A DNA stretch of 64,000 nucleotides from Tricharina praecox. Its lineage: Eukaryota. Made by a program: the position numbers and the translations under genes. The stretch covers positions 620,001 through 684,000 of the forward strand of contig NW_026250408.1 in assembly GCF_024521635.1 (NCBI RefSeq). Reading direction: 5' to 3'. The notes under the pieces were generated by a model. The model saw only the letters and a list, made by a program, of their open reading frames with translations, made no database searches and had not been told where the DNA came from. This document shows, in pieces, positions 62,753-64,000 of this stretch (its first letter is position 1; every line of letters begins with the position of its first letter).

Positions 62753-63468
62753 ACGGGCAATGTGCAAGTTTGACGGTGACCGGCGAAAGCTTGGGCGAAG
62801 GAAGGAAGCATGTACGATACTCTATAACCAGTAGGTACTAGGAGATACTCTAAAGAGATTGAAAGCCAATAATACGCGAGCAGGTTGATGAGAAACTCTT
62901 TCATCCCATGGCTTTTCGTTGACACCTAGCGATCTACCACACCATCTAGCCCATCGACGCGCGGGGAGTGGGGGAGAGGAGATTCACCGCACGGTTTCCT
63001 TTCCATCACGTCGTGGTGAAGTAAGTGCACATTCAATGGGTTTCCACGCACGGAACGGATTGAGTCGTCACCACCAGTCTACCTATGGTACCGTACCGGC
63101 TCGACTCCCGTTGTTCGCAGGCAAAGCATCATCTTCGTTTTATCCGTATCCAGCTAGGTGGGTGTTCCGTGTCCGTGTCGTCTGCCATCCGCTTGAGGAA
63201 ACCCCGCCCTCAAAACAAACCCTGCAAGTCGTGGTGTATGTACGGGAAGGTTTCCTCAGCGTGTTCCCGTGACAGGCCTGGCGCACCTAAATACTGCACC
63301 TTCCAACTCATGGATGCCTGGCTGGATGGCACGATCCGATGGGCACTCGTATGTCGTAACCGAGACAGCTGCGGATGTCTCTGGCTACGGCACCGTATGT
63401 AGCCACCGTCACTCCTACAAACCAACTGTACCCACCGGACGAGAACCAAAAAACAAAACAAAAGAAAA

Positions 63469-63560
63469 GAAAACAAAAAAAGAAAGAAAACAAAAAAAGA
63501 AAGAAAACAAAAAAAGAAAGAAAACAAAAAAAGAAAGAAAACAAAAAAAGAAAGAAAACA
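63469..63560 (+). repeat. 17-bp A-rich minisatellite (GAAAACAAAAAAAGAAA)5+
   Basis: Five exact copies plus a partial sixth. Confidence 0.93.
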
Positions 63561-64000
63561 TGTTTTCCACTCTGGCGGCCCACTCAGTGCACTCAGTGGA
63601 CGCTCCATGCATACCGTACATCCATCCATACACCCATATGTACCTACGCCTTCCCACTGCCCAGCCACACGAAGAAGAGTCATATCATACCCACTCGCAC
63701 GGCCGGATCTGGAAGAGGGGCCATTGTGTGGAGCTGCTTGCTGCTGCTTGCTGCGTTCGCCGTTTGTATGTAGTGCACAATGCACATCTGTAGGCTCTCC
63801 GTCTTGAATCTTCCAATTGTTTACCTCCACATGTTTGATGTGCGTCGGCAGGACTGGGTTGGCGAAGTCCCGATAGTGCATGTACGGTGGGTATTGGGTA
63901 GGTCGGCATGGAGGTGTGATAGGTACTCGGCGGTCAGAAGCCGAAGGGCGGCATCAGGGCGGCATCGTCGAGATGGAGTACCGTATGTACCGTACATCCT

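Noticed and set aside
62299..62925. 208-aa ORF with QEAA repeats and poly-Leu; Lys-rich ORFs at 63269-63881
   Set aside because: Translations of micro- and minisatellites; no domain or splice support.
1..64000. CRISPR arrays, rRNA/snRNA genes, inteins, transposons
   Set aside because: No repeat-spacer arrays. No 5S or U-snRNA signature recognised by eye (an Infernal/Rfam scan would be needed to exclude snoRNAs). POL2 and FKS1 appear to have no large insertions.

Overview
Gene-dense eukaryotic chromosomal DNA from a filamentous ascomycete (Pezizomycotina; Pezizomycetes is plausible but only inferred). Introns are mostly ~50-80 nt GT-AG with CTRAC branch sites, and the standard genetic code applies. 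I hand-spliced 13 protein-coding genes: a GCNA-like SprT/HMG protease, a GH72 Gel/Gas glucanosyltransferase divergent from FKS1, CCT7, POL2, COX20, a small hypothetical protein with a C-terminal RVxF-like motif, NOP9, a group II PLP decarboxylase, the blue-light receptor WC-1, a conserved fungal hypothetical gene with an apparent +1 frameshift, a CmkB-type CaM kinase and a slicer-competent Argonaute. Two identical tRNA-Cys(GCA) genes lie 36 kb apart in inverted orientation and share a conserved hairpin-forming 3' trailer; this is the most novel-looking signal (a candidate tRNA-trailer small RNA). Other oddities: a GC-AG intron, a 16-nt microexon, twin in-frame tandem acceptors in wc-1, a candidate spliced divergent transcript upstream of wc-1, and an ATG-free 1.1-kb FKS1 leader. 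I saw no transposon, CRISPR array or rRNA. I cannot demonstrate a complete new multi-gene system; this is mostly a core-genome region.
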